Shown here: positions 1-11,500 of the stretch, one piece after another
Layout: each line of letters opens with the position of its first letter
How positions within the stretch are numbered: the stretch's first letter is position 1
IMG/VR virus record: IMGVR_UViG_3300023118_000001
Span: 23,407 to 87,406 of that record
DNA length: 64,000 nucleotides
Direction: 5' to 3' (one strand)
Origin: a virus
The notes under the pieces: generated by a model
Databases searched by the model: none
Told to the model about the DNA's origin: nothing
The model's input: the letters and a program-made list of their open reading frames with translations, nothing else
Translations under genes and position numbers: made by a program

Positions 1-720
1 GAGGCGCTGATCAAAACCTCTGGTGATGCCCAGGCGGTGATCACGGCTGAGCAGGCCAAATACGCTGAGGCTATGGGGACCATGGCCCTGATGGCTGCCA
101 TGGGCTCCGTGTCCAACGTGCTGGGGATGTTTGCCAGTGCAGCGGACGGCGCCTCCAACGCGCAGAAGCTGGCGTTCGTGGCACAGAAAGCGATCTCCGT
201 TGCACAGATCATCATGTACACCGAGGTGGCTGCGGCTCAGGCGATGATGATGTCAGGTAACCCTATGGTGTTGGGCCTGCCGATGGCGACGTTCATCCGC
301 GCCACGGGCTACGCCAACGCCGCGCTTGTAGGTGCCATGGCGATCGGTCAGCTGGCTGGTAGTGGTGGCGGATCTTCTGGCGGCAGTGGTGGCGGCACGC
401 AAATGTACGACACCGGCGGCTACATCCCGTATAACCGGACAGGTATCGTCGGCGAGTACGGTCCAGAGCTGGTATCTGGCCCGGCCCACGTCACCAGTCG
501 TGGTAACAGCGCGTCGAAGCTGGGCGGTGGCGACGGTGCCATGCAGGTTACCCTGGCACCGGTGATCCAGATCACGGTGGAAGGCGGCGGTGGCGGCTCG
601 GAAGCTGACCAGAACAAACAGGCCAAACAGATCGCAGAGGCCTCGCGCGCGTCGGTGATGTCGGTACTGACCGAGCAGATGCGCCCTAACGGCGTCGTCT
701 ACAAATTCGTCAAGGGATAG
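1..720 (+). CDS. tail tape measure protein, C-terminal part (5' truncated by window edge)
   Basis: Ala/Gly-rich frame open from base 1; C-terminal YDTGGYIP...GIVGEYGPELV motif typical of lambda-like tape measure proteins; lies directly before gpM/L/K/I/J. Confidence 0.85.
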   Translation, partial: EALIKTSGDAQAVITAEQAKYAEAMGTMALMAAMGSVSNVLGMFASAADGASNAQKLAFVAQKAISVAQIIMYTEVAAAQAMMMSGNPMVLGLPMATFIRATGYANAALVGAMAIGQLAGSGGGSSGGSGGGTQMYDTGGYIPYNRTGIVGEYGPELVSGPAHVTSRGNSASKLGGGDGAMQVTLAPVIQITVEGGGGGSEADQNKQAKQIAEASRASVMSVLTEQMRPNGVVYKFVKG

Positions 721-728
721 GTGAGTAA

Positions 729-1076
729 ATGGATGTTTTCCCAGCGATCGACAACCCTGACTACGGCCTAGAGGATACGCCTGAGGCGGATATCGACGAG
801 GTCAAGATGGGCGACGGCTATGTGTTCCGGCGCCCCAAAGGGTTGAACTACCTGAAATACACCTGGCCGCTGAAGTGGAACACGCTTGAGGTGGCAGACG
901 CCCGCGAGGTCTATGCCTGGCTGAAGGCGCGACTGAAGCTGGTCCCGTTCCACTGGACCCACCCCATCACCGGGGTGGTGTACCAGGTGACCTGCCAGGA
1001 AGTGAAGCTGACCTACAACGAGTTCAACGACGAGATCCTCACAGCCACGTTCGAGCAGGACTTCAACCCGGCGTAA
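729..1076 (+). CDS. minor tail protein (lambda gpM-like distal tail)
   Basis: MGDGYVFRRPKGLN...PFHWTHP...ATFEQDF pattern; position after tape measure. Confidence 0.85.
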   Translation: MDVFPAIDNPDYGLEDTPEADIDEVKMGDGYVFRRPKGLNYLKYTWPLKWNTLEVADAREVYAWLKARLKLVPFHWTHPITGVVYQVTCQEVKLTYNEFNDEILTATFEQDFNPA

Positions 1077-1143
1077 CAGCAGTACCGGCCGGGCAGGGGC
1101 GCTGTTACTATGGCGCCAGATAAGCAAAGTAGACAGGGATGCC

Positions 1144-1845
1144 ATGACTCTTATCGCAACGGACATTCAGGGTCTGGTTCAGGACACGATTGTGACCATG
1201 TTCCAGATCGACGCCAGCAAGGTGGGGGAGGGGCTACTGTGCTTTTCGCCCACCTCCAACAATGGCGTCCCGGTCAAGTTCGGCGGCATCACCTACCCTG
1301 CCCTACCGATCACGGCCGACGGCTTCAAGTGGGTGGGCGACGGCACCCTGCCGCGCCCAACCCTGACGCTGGCTGCCAAGGACCTGATGTTCCTGTCGAT
1401 GGTGGTCAACTCCGGCGACCTGGTGGGCTGCCCTGTCACCCGCATCCGCACCTACGCCAAGTACCTGGACGATGGTGCCTCGCCAAACCCGCAGGCGCTG
1501 TACCTCCCTGAAAACTTCGTGATCGAGCGCAAGTCTTCGCAGAAGCGCACGCTGCTGCAGTTCGAGCTGTCCGTGGCCATGGACCAGCAAGGCCTGATGA
1601 TCCCGGCCAGGCAGGTGCTCCGGGACAGCTGCACTCACCGCTTCCGCTACTGGGCCAACAACCGCTGGAACTACACCGGCGTGACCTGCCCCTACACCGG
1701 AAACGCGATGTTCGAGCCCAACGGCAACCCCACCACTGACCCGACCAAGGCCAAGTGCGGCAAGCGGTTGAGCGACTGCAAGAAACACTTCGGGGCGTAC
1801 TCCACCCTCCCTTTCTATGGCTACCCTGGCGTCGGACGGATCTGA
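1144..1845 (+). CDS. minor tail protein L
   Basis: RIRTYAKYLD; C-terminal Cys cluster (C..C..CGKRLSDC) and FYGYPG as in lambda gpL. Confidence 0.9.
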   Translation: MTLIATDIQGLVQDTIVTMFQIDASKVGEGLLCFSPTSNNGVPVKFGGITYPALPITADGFKWVGDGTLPRPTLTLAAKDLMFLSMVVNSGDLVGCPVTRIRTYAKYLDDGASPNPQALYLPENFVIERKSSQKRTLLQFELSVAMDQQGLMIPARQVLRDSCTHRFRYWANNRWNYTGVTCPYTGNAMFEPNGNPTTDPTKAKCGKRLSDCKKHFGAYSTLPFYGYPGVGRI

Positions 1846-2579
1846 TGTTTATCCAATATCTCGAGCAAATTCAGGAAGGCGCCATCGCAGCCTACCCAAA
1901 CGAAGCGGTCTGGTTCATCACCGAGGCCGGCTGCACGGAAGTGGAGAACATCCACGAGCACCCGGACAAATACTTCGCGGTGAAGGATAGCGACCACCGC
2001 CGCGCTATGGCCGAAGGGCTGCTGGCAGTTGTCCACAGCCACCCGGACAACATCGCCGCGCCGTCCTCGCTGGACATGCAGGGGCAGATCAGCACCAACG
2101 TGCCGTGGGGCATCATCGCCACTGACGGCACCGTGGCCCACGACCTGATCTGGTGGGGCAAAGGCGCGCCGAAGCACCCGCTGCTCGGCCGCCCGTTCCG
2201 GCATGGCGTGACGGATTGCTACTCTCTGATCAAGGATTACTACGAGATGGAACTGGGCATCGACCTGCCCGAGTTCCCGCGCGACTGGGAGTGGTGGAAG
2301 GAAGGCCAGCAGAACCTGTTCGAGCAAGGGTTCGAGAAGGCCGGGTTCGAGCGCATCGACGCCAGTGAAGCCAAGCCTGGCGATGTCTGGCTGGCGCGGC
2401 TCGGCGGTGAGATGGACGTGGCCAACCACGGCGGCGTGCTGCTACAGGACGAACTGATGATCCACCAGATCGGCGCCAAAGATCCGGTCGACTTCAGCCG
2501 GCTGTCCGCGCGCGAGCCGATCTACCGTTACATGCCCCACATCACACATTGGCTTCGGTACACAGGGAGTGTGAAATGA
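1845..2579 (+). CDS. tail assembly protein K (JAB/MPN + NlpC/P60)
   Basis: VHSHP..PSSLD JAB motif; DCYSL and NHGG NlpC motifs; ATG overlaps upstream TGA at 1845. Confidence 0.9.
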   Translation: MFIQYLEQIQEGAIAAYPNEAVWFITEAGCTEVENIHEHPDKYFAVKDSDHRRAMAEGLLAVVHSHPDNIAAPSSLDMQGQISTNVPWGIIATDGTVAHDLIWWGKGAPKHPLLGRPFRHGVTDCYSLIKDYYEMELGIDLPEFPRDWEWWKEGQQNLFEQGFEKAGFERIDASEAKPGDVWLARLGGEMDVANHGGVLLQDELMIHQIGAKDPVDFSRLSAREPIYRYMPHITHWLRYTGSVK

Positions 2580-3172
2580 AAACACTGATGCTCTATGGCA
2601 GCCTGAAAGAAAAATTCCCTGGCGAGTTCAAGATGGACGTCGCCACACCAGGTGAAGCGATCCGCGCGATGTGCATTCAGTTGCCAGGCTTCGAGGCTGA
2701 GATCAAGGCCGGCAACTGGCGCGTCGTGCGCGGCTCCCTGGAAGGCAACGACGAGGTCAGCGAGGAAGGCCTGCAGATGACGCTGGGTAACCAGAACGAG
2801 CTGCACCTGATCCCGGTCATCGAGGGCGCCAACAGTGGCGCGGGCATGATCATCGTCGGCATCGTGATGATCGTGGCTGCCTTCTTCACCGGTGGTACGT
2901 CGATCGCAGCGTGGGGCGCCATGTCGACCATGCTGGCCGGCGCCGGCCTGGGCATGGTGGTCGGCGGTATCATCGCCAGTACCACCAAGATCCCCGGCGC
3001 AGGAGCGAGCGCCAGCGGCAACGAGAGAGAGGCTGACAAAGCCTCGTTCCTGTTCGACGGCCCAACCAACCAATCGACCCAGGGCGTGGCTGTGCCGCGT
3101 GGCTACGGGCGCATGATGATCGGCAGCATCGTGATCAGCGCCGGTCTCTACGCGGAGCCGATGGCCGTATGA
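2576..3172 (+). CDS. tail assembly protein I
   Basis: LYGSL...EAIRA ubiquitin-like N-terminus, hydrophobic middle, QGVAVPRGYGRMMIGS C-terminus. Confidence 0.9.
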   Translation: MKTLMLYGSLKEKFPGEFKMDVATPGEAIRAMCIQLPGFEAEIKAGNWRVVRGSLEGNDEVSEEGLQMTLGNQNELHLIPVIEGANSGAGMIIVGIVMIVAAFFTGGTSIAAWGAMSTMLAGAGLGMVVGGIIASTTKIPGAGASASGNEREADKASFLFDGPTNQSTQGVAVPRGYGRMMIGSIVISAGLYAEPMAV

Positions 3173-6100
3173 CTATCGATCAGGGTAAACAGATCCGCGC
3201 CGCGGGCAATCGCCATCCGCTGACCATTGAAGGCGAGTGGAAGGTGCACCCGCTGACATCCGCCATTGAGGGTGCCAAGGGCGCCTCCAAACCGCCTGCC
3301 CAGTACATCCCGGTGGAAGCCCCGCAGTCGCTGCGAAGCAAGGCGCGCGGGCGCATCCTCGACCTGCTGGCGCACGGCCCAATCGTGGGGCTGGTCAACG
3401 GGCTGCAGTCGGTATTCCTGGACAGCACGCCGCTGCAGAACCCTGACGGCACGTTCAACTTCAACGGCATCACCGTCCAGACCCGCGAGGGTTACCCTGA
3501 CCAGGCGTACATCCCCGGCTTCACCGCCGTGGAAAACACCATCGACATCTCGGCCGAGGTGAAATTCGCCACGCCGCTGGTGCGGTCGGTGACCAACAAC
3601 GACGCCAACGCGGTGATCGTGACCCTGGCTGTACAGGGGCTGAGTGAGCAGAAAGCCAACGGCGATATGGCCGGTTACCAGGTTGGCTTTTACATCGACG
3701 TGAAAAACTCCAGCGGTGCCTGGACGGTCACGGCGGGTGACACCATCGTCGGCAAAACCACCACCGCCTACCAACGCTCGGTGCGGGTGCCGCTCAATGG
3801 CGTTGGCCCGTTCGATATCCGTGTGCGCCGCGCGCAGCCGGAGTCCAGCTCGGCCAAGATCCAGGACGATCTGTTTTGGGCCATGATGACCGAGGTCATC
3901 GACGCTCGGCTGTCCTATCCGGACAGCGCTCTGGTGGCGCTGGACGCCGACTCGGAACTGTTCGGCTCCAAGATGCCGGCCCGCTCCTACGACGTGAAGC
4001 TCAGCATCATCCGCATCCCGAGCAACTACGACCCGATCAACCGCACCTACAGCGGGTTTTGGGACGGGCAGTTCAAGATGGCGTGGTCGGACAACCCGGC
4101 CTGGTGCTTCTATGACCTGTCGACCCACCCGGTCATCGGCGCCAACAACCAGTCCGTGGACAAATGGTCGCTGTACCGCATCGCGCAGTATTGCGACGAA
4201 ATGGTGCCCAACGGCTACGGCGGCTGGGAGCCACGGTTCACCTGCAACACGCTGTTCGCCAGCCGTGAAGAAGCCATCGTTGTCCTGAACACCCTGGCCA
4301 GTGTTTTCCGTGGCATGGTCTACTGGGGTTCGGACTCGGTCATGGCCGTGGCCGACATGCCAGGCGATGCGCTGAAGCTGGTCACCCCAGCCAACGTCAC
4401 CTCGGACGGGTTCGAGTACGTCGGCACCTCACTGCGCGAGCGTCACTCCGTAGCCGTGGTGATGTGGAACGACCCGAACGATGAATACAAGCAGGTCCCG
4501 GAGCTGTACGAGGACCCTGAAAGCATCCAGTTGTTCGGTTGGAGAGAGACCCAGGTCACCGCAGCGTGCTGCACCAGCCGAGGCCAGGCACGGCGTCTGG
4601 CCAAGTGGATTCTGTACTCGGAACGGATGGAGACGGAGATCGTTTCCTACACCGCGACAGCTGACCACGCTGACCTGCGCCCAGGCGACTACATCAAGAT
4701 CTCCGACCCGGACCGGGCCGGCGCGCGGTATGGCGGCCGGACACTCGATGGCACAGCCAAGGTCATCACCCTGGACAAGGCACCGAAGCCTGGCGAAGTG
4801 GTCGGGACCTGGTATCTGAACTGCGTCATGCCAAGCGGCGTGATCCAGACCCGCGAGGTGCAGGGTTTCAACGGCGACGTGTGCACCCTGAAGCAGGCGT
4901 TCCCGGAAGTGCCGATCAAGGGCGCCGTGTGGGTCTTGTCCAGCGCCTCGCTGGTGACGCCGATGTACCGGGTGACCTCGGTGGTCGAGCAGGATGACGG
5001 GCTGACCTATCAGATCTCGGCGACCGAGCACAACCCGAACAAGTACAACTTCGTCGAGTTCGACCTGCAGCTGCCCGATACACCGGACAGCACCATCCCG
5101 TCTGGCCCGCTGGCCGGCCCTACGCACATCACCGCGTCGTCGTTCAAGTACGTTGCCGGCGGCACTGAGCACCAGGGTCTGACCGTGAGCTGGAGAGGCG
5201 TGGACGACGTCCGCTGCAACGGTTACATCCTCGAGGCGCGCGACCCGAACGACGTCACCTTCCGCACCATCTACTCCGGCGCCGGCCTGAGCGTGGACGA
5301 GAAGGACATCGTCGACGGCGAGTGGATATTCCGCATCAAGGCCACGACCTCCACCGGACGGACCTCGGAGTGGGTGCAACTGACCGTCAACATCGCAGGC
5401 CTGCTGCTGCCCGCGCCGCCCGACAGCATCCAGGTCGACGTCACCACGTTCGAGATCTCGCTGCGCCCGCGCAGCATCTACCCGGGTGCGATGTATGAGT
5501 TCTGGCGCAGTGATGTGCCGCTGACCATGAACATGGTGGAGTCGAACGCCAGGCGTATCGCCATCGGCACCGACCTGGTGGACGTGGGCCTGAAGCCGAA
5601 AACCACCTACTACTACTACGTGCGAGGCACCAACATCTACGGCGTCTCCCAGTTCGTTGGCGCGCAGGGCACCACCCTGTACAACTTCGAGGACATCCTG
5701 GCTGCGCTGGACGAGGAGATTCGCCGACCAGGTGGGCTGTTCGACGAGATGCTGCAGTCGGCCGCAGCCAACGTCGAGGGCGTGAAGAACGCGCTGGACG
5801 CGCTGAAGACCGACATCCGCATGCAGAAGATGCTGGAAACCATCCGGGATCTGTCGACCAAGGCGCAACTGGAAGGCACCGCAGCGCGCAACATGGTCGA
5901 GGAGATCACCCGCCTGACCGAAGACGAAGCGCTGGTGGCGCGGATCACCACGCTGCAGGCTCAGGTCGACGACGACATCACAGCGTCCCTCGAGGAGATG
6001 CAGTTCGCCATGGCGGCGAACAACGAAGCGATCGCTGGCCAGATCCTGACGATCAAGACGCAGATCAACGACGACATCCTGGCTGCCATGCTGGTCGAGC

Positions 6101-6630
6101 AGACTGCTCGGGTCGACGGTGACGGCGCGCTGTCGCAGCGGATTGAAACCCTGTCGGCGTCGACCGAGGACGACATCGCCACGGTCAAGCAAGAGATCAC
6201 CGCGCAGGCCAACTACACCGACGGCGCCGTCGCGCGCGCGGTCACCACCGCCACGGTCAACGGCAAGTCGGCTGTGTTCGGTATCCAGGTGGCGGACGGT
6301 GTTGCGGAGATCGGTGCGATCGCTGACCGGTTCTACGTCTACAACCCAGTCGGCGGCAGCTACACGCTGGCGTTCGCGGTAGTTGACGGGCGCACGGTAA
6401 TCCAGGACGCTCTGATCCGCGAAGCCTCCATCACCATGGCCAAGATCAGCCAGGCGCTGCAGTCCGACAACTACAAGCCGAACGAAATTGGCTGGCGTCT
6501 GACCAAGGCGGGGGTCTTCGAGATGAACGGCAACACACCAGGTGAGGGCAGCCTGGTGCAAACCAACCAGACCATCACCGTGACCGACGGCGCGGGCACA
6601 CCGCGGGTCAAGCTAGGAAGGCTGAATTGA
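3169..6630 (+). CDS. tip attachment / host specificity protein J (central tail fibre)
   Basis: 1153 aa; PSNYDP..R.Y.G.WDG.FK.AWSDNPAW, CTSRGQARRL, FN3-like segments, coiled coil, DUF1983-like C-terminus (ADRF...IQDALIREASITMAKI). Confidence 0.95.
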   Translation: MTIDQGKQIRAAGNRHPLTIEGEWKVHPLTSAIEGAKGASKPPAQYIPVEAPQSLRSKARGRILDLLAHGPIVGLVNGLQSVFLDSTPLQNPDGTFNFNGITVQTREGYPDQAYIPGFTAVENTIDISAEVKFATPLVRSVTNNDANAVIVTLAVQGLSEQKANGDMAGYQVGFYIDVKNSSGAWTVTAGDTIVGKTTTAYQRSVRVPLNGVGPFDIRVRRAQPESSSAKIQDDLFWAMMTEVIDARLSYPDSALVALDADSELFGSKMPARSYDVKLSIIRIPSNYDPINRTYSGFWDGQFKMAWSDNPAWCFYDLSTHPVIGANNQSVDKWSLYRIAQYCDEMVPNGYGGWEPRFTCNTLFASREEAIVVLNTLASVFRGMVYWGSDSVMAVADMPGDALKLVTPANVTSDGFEYVGTSLRERHSVAVVMWNDPNDEYKQVPELYEDPESIQLFGWRETQVTAACCTSRGQARRLAKWILYSERMETEIVSYTATADHADLRPGDYIKISDPDRAGARYGGRTLDGTAKVITLDKAPKPGEVVGTWYLNCVMPSGVIQTREVQGFNGDVCTLKQAFPEVPIKGAVWVLSSASLVTPMYRVTSVVEQDDGLTYQISATEHNPNKYNFVEFDLQLPDTPDSTIPSGPLAGPTHITASSFKYVAGGTEHQGLTVSWRGVDDVRCNGYILEARDPNDVTFRTIYSGAGLSVDEKDIVDGEWIFRIKATTSTGRTSEWVQLTVNIAGLLLPAPPDSIQVDVTTFEISLRPRSIYPGAMYEFWRSDVPLTMNMVESNARRIAIGTDLVDVGLKPKTTYYYYVRGTNIYGVSQFVGAQGTTLYNFEDILAALDEEIRRPGGLFDEMLQSAAANVEGVKNALDALKTDIRMQKMLETIRDLSTKAQLEGTAARNMVEEITRLTEDEALVARITTLQAQVDDDITASLEEMQFAMAANNEAIAGQILTIKTQINDDILAAMLVEQTARVDGDGALSQRIETLSASTEDDIATVKQEITAQANYTDGAVARAVTTATVNGKSAVFGIQVADGVAEIGAIADRFYVYNPVGGSYTLAFAVVDGRTVIQDALIREASITMAKISQALQSDNYKPNEIGWRLTKAGVFEMNGNTPGEGSLVQTNQTITVTDGAGTPRVKLGRLN

Positions 6631-6992
6631 GCAACTGGGGACTGGAAATCAGGAACGGGCAAGGCTTCACAAGCCTTGACCCGGACACCTTCACCGTGAA
6701 GCTGATCGAATCGGTGTGGGTGGGCTGGACCACCATCGACCAAAGTACCGTGATCGACATCCCCATCGAGACCACCTCGGTGGGTGGGGTGTTCGCTGTG
6801 ATCACGATCTACAAGATGATGACAGCGGTGCTGAACCCTGACATGCAGATTTACTTCCAGTCCAACGCGCAGCACCCCCAGTGCCTTCCCGTCGTCGAGG
6901 TTTACCCGGGCATGGTCCGAGTGCGGGGTCAGCCAGTGCCAGGCTCCCGCGCTACCGGTATGATCGTGATCAACCTAATGAAATACCTCTAA
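6627..6992 (+). CDS. putative tail tip accessory protein
   Basis: TTG start coupled to J stop; N-terminal WGLEIRN..G motif typical of small genes after J. Confidence 0.6.
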   Translation: MSNWGLEIRNGQGFTSLDPDTFTVKLIESVWVGWTTIDQSTVIDIPIETTSVGGVFAVITIYKMMTAVLNPDMQIYFQSNAQHPQCLPVVEVYPGMVRVRGQPVPGSRATGMIVINLMKYL

Positions 6993-7000
6993 GGACTACC

Positions 7001-7831
7001 ATGTCATACGGATTCTCGGTGCTGGGGAACAGCGGTCAGCTGGTGATCGACGAAGACTCGATGATCATGACCCAGGCATTCCGTGGCGACATCATCGTCA
7101 GCCCTAACGGGCTGCTCGGGCCTCAGTACGCCTACGGTTACTGCCACGTCACCTACCCTCAGGTGGTCGCCACCGAGTACCCGCCGTTTGTGTTCGCTGT
7201 GCCGACGCCTGGCGTGGTGCCGTGTGGCCTGGGCACGTTCCTGCATCGCGGCGTGGAAGGGGCATGGACCGGGTTCACGGTGCTGGTGACCAAACACATC
7301 TTCGCCCAAGACGGCTCAGCGATGTACGCAGGGTTCAACACTGGTTGGCAGTACCGGGTCGGCAGCTTCGGGCTGCCAGGTGACAACGGCTACGCCGACT
7401 ACGGCCTGCGCATCATGAATGAGTGGAGCGACATCACTTACGACAGCGCCTGGCCCATCATCAAGTTCCGCGGGCTGATGTCGGCCTGGGTCCTGCAGGA
7501 GTTCACTCGCGGGTACGCGCTGAACAACTACTGGGGCGCTGCAGACGTGTCCGGCGACGAAGACTACGTTCTGGCCAAGGGCACGCATGCCTGGGGCTAC
7601 CCTGACCTCACCCACGGGTTCATGCTCTCTGGCATGGGATCGGTGGCCACCACCGTCGACCGTGGATCTTGGGAGGCTCCGGTGAACGCGGTCGTCACCG
7701 TGGGCTTCCCCGACGGTAACCGAGGCAACCTATGGGCGGTTGCTTTCTTCGGCGCTGCACAACACCCTAGCGGTGATCTCAGCGCAATGCGAAACTGGAA
7801 CCTCCTGACGGCCGACTTCTCCGGCACGTAA
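7001..7831 (+). CDS. putative tail tip / receptor-binding protein
   Basis: AAGGA RBS before ATG 7001; repeated YGF/YGL(R)I...D motifs (MSYGFSV.., DYGLRIMNE..ITYDS). Confidence 0.6.
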   Translation: MSYGFSVLGNSGQLVIDEDSMIMTQAFRGDIIVSPNGLLGPQYAYGYCHVTYPQVVATEYPPFVFAVPTPGVVPCGLGTFLHRGVEGAWTGFTVLVTKHIFAQDGSAMYAGFNTGWQYRVGSFGLPGDNGYADYGLRIMNEWSDITYDSAWPIIKFRGLMSAWVLQEFTRGYALNNYWGAADVSGDEDYVLAKGTHAWGYPDLTHGFMLSGMGSVATTVDRGSWEAPVNAVVTVGFPDGNRGNLWAVAFFGAAQHPSGDLSAMRNWNLLTADFSGT

Positions 7832-7844
7832 GCCAACCACAAGG

Positions 7845-8561
7845 ATGCAGGTAATGGCAGCAGCAGACAATTTCCCAGCGTTTAACGCAGCGGTGGCTGA
7901 GCTTACGCTCAAGGTCCAGGCGCTGATCACCGACGTCAGCGGTGCCCAGGCATCCCTCGGCCCTGAGGTGGCAGCAGCCCTGATCAAACTGGAAGCCGCG
8001 ACCACGGCAGCCAACACCGCCGTGGCTGCCGCGACCACCGCGACCCAGGCCGCCGCCGCGCTGACCGCCCTCAAGGCTGAGTTCGACGCCGCCATCATCA
8101 CGGTCGAGGGATTGACCACCGACGTGGGCACGCTGAACGAGCAGGTCGGCGCAGCCATGGCGCTGATGACCACCACGCAGCTTGCGCTGCAGGCCGCGCT
8201 GGATGAAATCGAAGGCATCTCCGGCAACCTCGCCCAGGTGAAAAAGCTCAGCCTGGCAGCGGTCAGCCCGGCTGGCCACGCCTCGGCGGTGATCAACACC
8301 GCGCACAACGTCGGCAACGGCGGGCTGATGCTGCTCGGCGTCTACTGCACCACGTCCACCCCGCTGCAGATGTACGACGTGCTGATCAAGGTCGGCTCGA
8401 CGATCCTGTACGAGGCGGCCGGCGTGCTGGGTGAACTGAAGGATACCTTCTCGCACTTCGCCATCGCCAGCGGCGTGATGGAAGTCACCCTGACCAACCA
8501 GGGCAACGCAGCCGCCGTGCTGACCCCGACCGTCGTCTTCACGGAGCTGGCCCTCGTATGA
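7845..8561 (+). CDS. putative fibre stem/adaptor (Ala-rich coiled coil + beta-rich C-terminus)
   Basis: heptad-like Ala/Thr/Leu-rich N-terminal half; stop overlaps start of the 1037-aa gene. Confidence 0.5.
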   Translation: MQVMAAADNFPAFNAAVAELTLKVQALITDVSGAQASLGPEVAAALIKLEAATTAANTAVAAATTATQAAAALTALKAEFDAAIITVEGLTTDVGTLNEQVGAAMALMTTTQLALQAALDEIEGISGNLAQVKKLSLAAVSPAGHASAVINTAHNVGNGGLMLLGVYCTTSTPLQMYDVLIKVGSTILYEAAGVLGELKDTFSHFAIASGVMEVTLTNQGNAAAVLTPTVVFTELALV

Positions 8562-11500
8562 GCATCAACACCAACCAAAGCTCCAGCTACATCCACCTGG
8601 CCACCGACATCGCCATCGAAGGGCAGAACTTCGACGAGGTTCGCGCGGAGTGGCGAGACATCCAGAACTTCAACCTGCAGAACACCTTCAACTACGCCGG
8701 CTCCAATCAGACCGGCTCGTGGATTGTGGACGGTGGCGACGGCGCGGCACCGGCAGAGACCCGTGAGAAGCGGGCGTTCTGCACCACCGGCAAGGCCAGC
8801 ATCACGTTCACCGGCACCAGTGTCGCGGTGCGTGCATCGCTGAACCCCGGCTGGGGCGTGGCGTACATCCTGATCGATGGGCAGCTGCCCTCCACGATCC
8901 CGGGCCTGGCCAAGTTCAAGGACATCGTCAGCTCCAACGCCGATGACTTCAGCGCCTGGGGCAACGAGTTCCGCGACCAGGTGGTGGCCGACGGTCTGGC
9001 GCCTGGCACGCACACGCTGGACATCCTCTGCTACACCAACAGCCCGACGGAGTTCTTCATCTTCTCCGGGATCAAGGTCTACTCCTACGCCAACAAAGAC
9101 ATCGACATCAAGGCGTTCTCGCTCAAGACCAGCGAGCGAGTGCAGCCCACCAAACTCAAGCTGTGGACCCAAGGCGTCTCGGCTGAGAACGTGGTACTGA
9201 ATTTTGACGCCAAACTTCTGCACCCGACCACACAGACCTCGCTGGGTAACGTGCTGATCGGCGCGTTGAACGCCAACACAGCCTACGAGCTGTCGTTCGC
9301 CCCCAACCTGCTGGGCACGGAGCCATCGGGGATCATCACCCTGCCGATTGTGATGACAGCCAACGTGGGTGACCCGGACGGCACCAACGTCGGCGAGGTG
9401 GCGCTGGATCTGACCCACACCTCGGACCAGATCACCTACGTCAGCACCAACTGGTGGGAAGACCCAGCCACGCCGACCCTGGCGAGCATGCACGCGACTG
9501 CATCCAAGCAGGCCTGGCTGTCCTTCAACCACACCGGTGACCTGCTCAAGCTGCTGGGCTACGTGGACTTCGGCGCGGCCACGGTGCGCGTGCTGAAGGA
9601 CGCTGTCGAGCGCAACCTGACCTCTTGGAACGTCGGCCAGACCGTGATCAACATCGCCTCCACTGTCGGCATCACTGTCGGCATGATGGCGATCGGTCGC
9701 GGCATTCCTGACAACGTCACAGTGACCGCGGTAACGCCGACCAGTGTGACATTGTCGGCGGCGGTGACCATCAAGGTCACCAACGGCGCCATCGCCTTCG
9801 GCACCGTGCACGGCGTCCTCGACATGAACGAGAACAACGAGGCGCTGCAGGGCACCATGCAGATGCGTCAGCTGGCTGGCTTTGGCGCAACCTACAAAGG
9901 TCGCCTGGTGTTGCAGCCGACGGCGAACAAGACCTTCGGCGTGAACATGATCTACACCCGCCGGACCTACACCTACACCATCGTCACCGAGACGCTTAAC
10001 GCCAAGTTCAGCATCTCCCAGGTCAACCACCTGCCGATCTCCGGCGTCAAGCTGGACGGCGGCAAGATCGCCTACATCGACCCGAACAAGAACGTCTACA
10101 CGCCGCTGGCCAACCCGCCAATCGACAACCGCAACATCAGCGAGGTCAGCATCGAGTACCGGTTCCCGACGTTCCTGTGCTGCTACACAGCCGGCAACAA
10201 GGAGCTGTTCAAGCAGTACGACGTGGTGATCACCGACCCGATGGCGCTGAGCCGCAAGGAAGTGAAAGAGCTGCAGGACCTCGGCATCCAGGTGATCAAC
10301 TACGTGTCCTTCGGCGAAGAGGACGGCGTGCTGTCGAACATTTGGGACAACACCTCGGAACAGGGTCCGCACACTGGCGACGGCACAGGGCCTGGCGGTT
10401 ACGCCGGCTACTACCTGAAGGGTGGCTACGACATGGGCGAGTTCTCGGAGTGCACCAACGACCGCCAGCGCTACGAAGGCGTGAAGGCGTGTGCCTTGAG
10501 CAACCCGAAGTATTACCAGGGCGTGGGGCGCTGCTCGAAGGCCTGTGGCAACGATTCGCGCACCGGGTACAGCGAGTACGAGACCGGGGGCAGCTGCGCC
10601 GCGGGCTTCACCAAGGACAACAACTGGATTCGTGACGCCTCCACAGCGTGCTCGAACAACGCCTGCCCGCAGTTCTCGCCGATGCACAGCGGCTGCACCC
10701 AGTACGTCCAGGCCGAAGGCGTGTGGGGTCAGGATTTCTCAATCCTCGATCACAACGCGCCGGACGAGAACGGGATTTGGGACTCCTTCTACGTCGACGC
10801 GGTGAAGCGCGGGCCTGGCAGCTGGTTCAATAGGCTGCAGGATTACTACCTGCCGCTGGTGTTCAACGAGCCGGTTCCCTACGACGAAGTCCTGACCGTG
10901 GCTCAGCACCCGCTGACCGATGGCTCGCTGATCTACGGCATCCTGATGACCCACGCGCCGATCGATGATCATGAACCCTTCAGCGTGCAGCATGTGGCCA
11001 GCGGCAAGTTCCTGATCCCAGGCCAGCACTTCTCCTACGACCAGAAGATCGGCACCATCATCCTGGCGTTCAACAGCGGTGTGCTGGAGCCGGAAGCGCC
11101 GCCTAACCCTGCCGTCGGCGCGCAGTACCGCGTGAAGTATTCCAAGCGCGGCCTGGGCAGCGACGGGGTGTTCATGGACACCGTCGACACCGTGGACATC
11201 TACCCGCGCGAGGACTACCTGCAGGGGGCGGCTGACCTGATCAACGACCTCAAGCTGCTGTGGCCTGACCGCGCGTTCTGCTCCAACCGTGGGTTCACCA
11301 TCTACGACCGCATGATCCACAGCTGCACCTGGATCATGACCGAGTCGGTGTTCAGCCATTACCACTTCGGCGAGGACTACTACAGCGAGGTCGACGAGGC
11401 TGCGGCTGTGTGGAACGAAGAAGTGGCGGCGATGATTCAGGAGCTTCGCAAGAAGCACACCTTCGACGTGGTCTGCTTGAACTACGCGCCTAACGGCCCT

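Noticed and set aside
4429-10687. Long - strand ORFs (4429-6561, 8342-10687)
   Set aside because: Antisense shadows of well-supported + strand genes, expected from strong GC3 codon bias; no motifs
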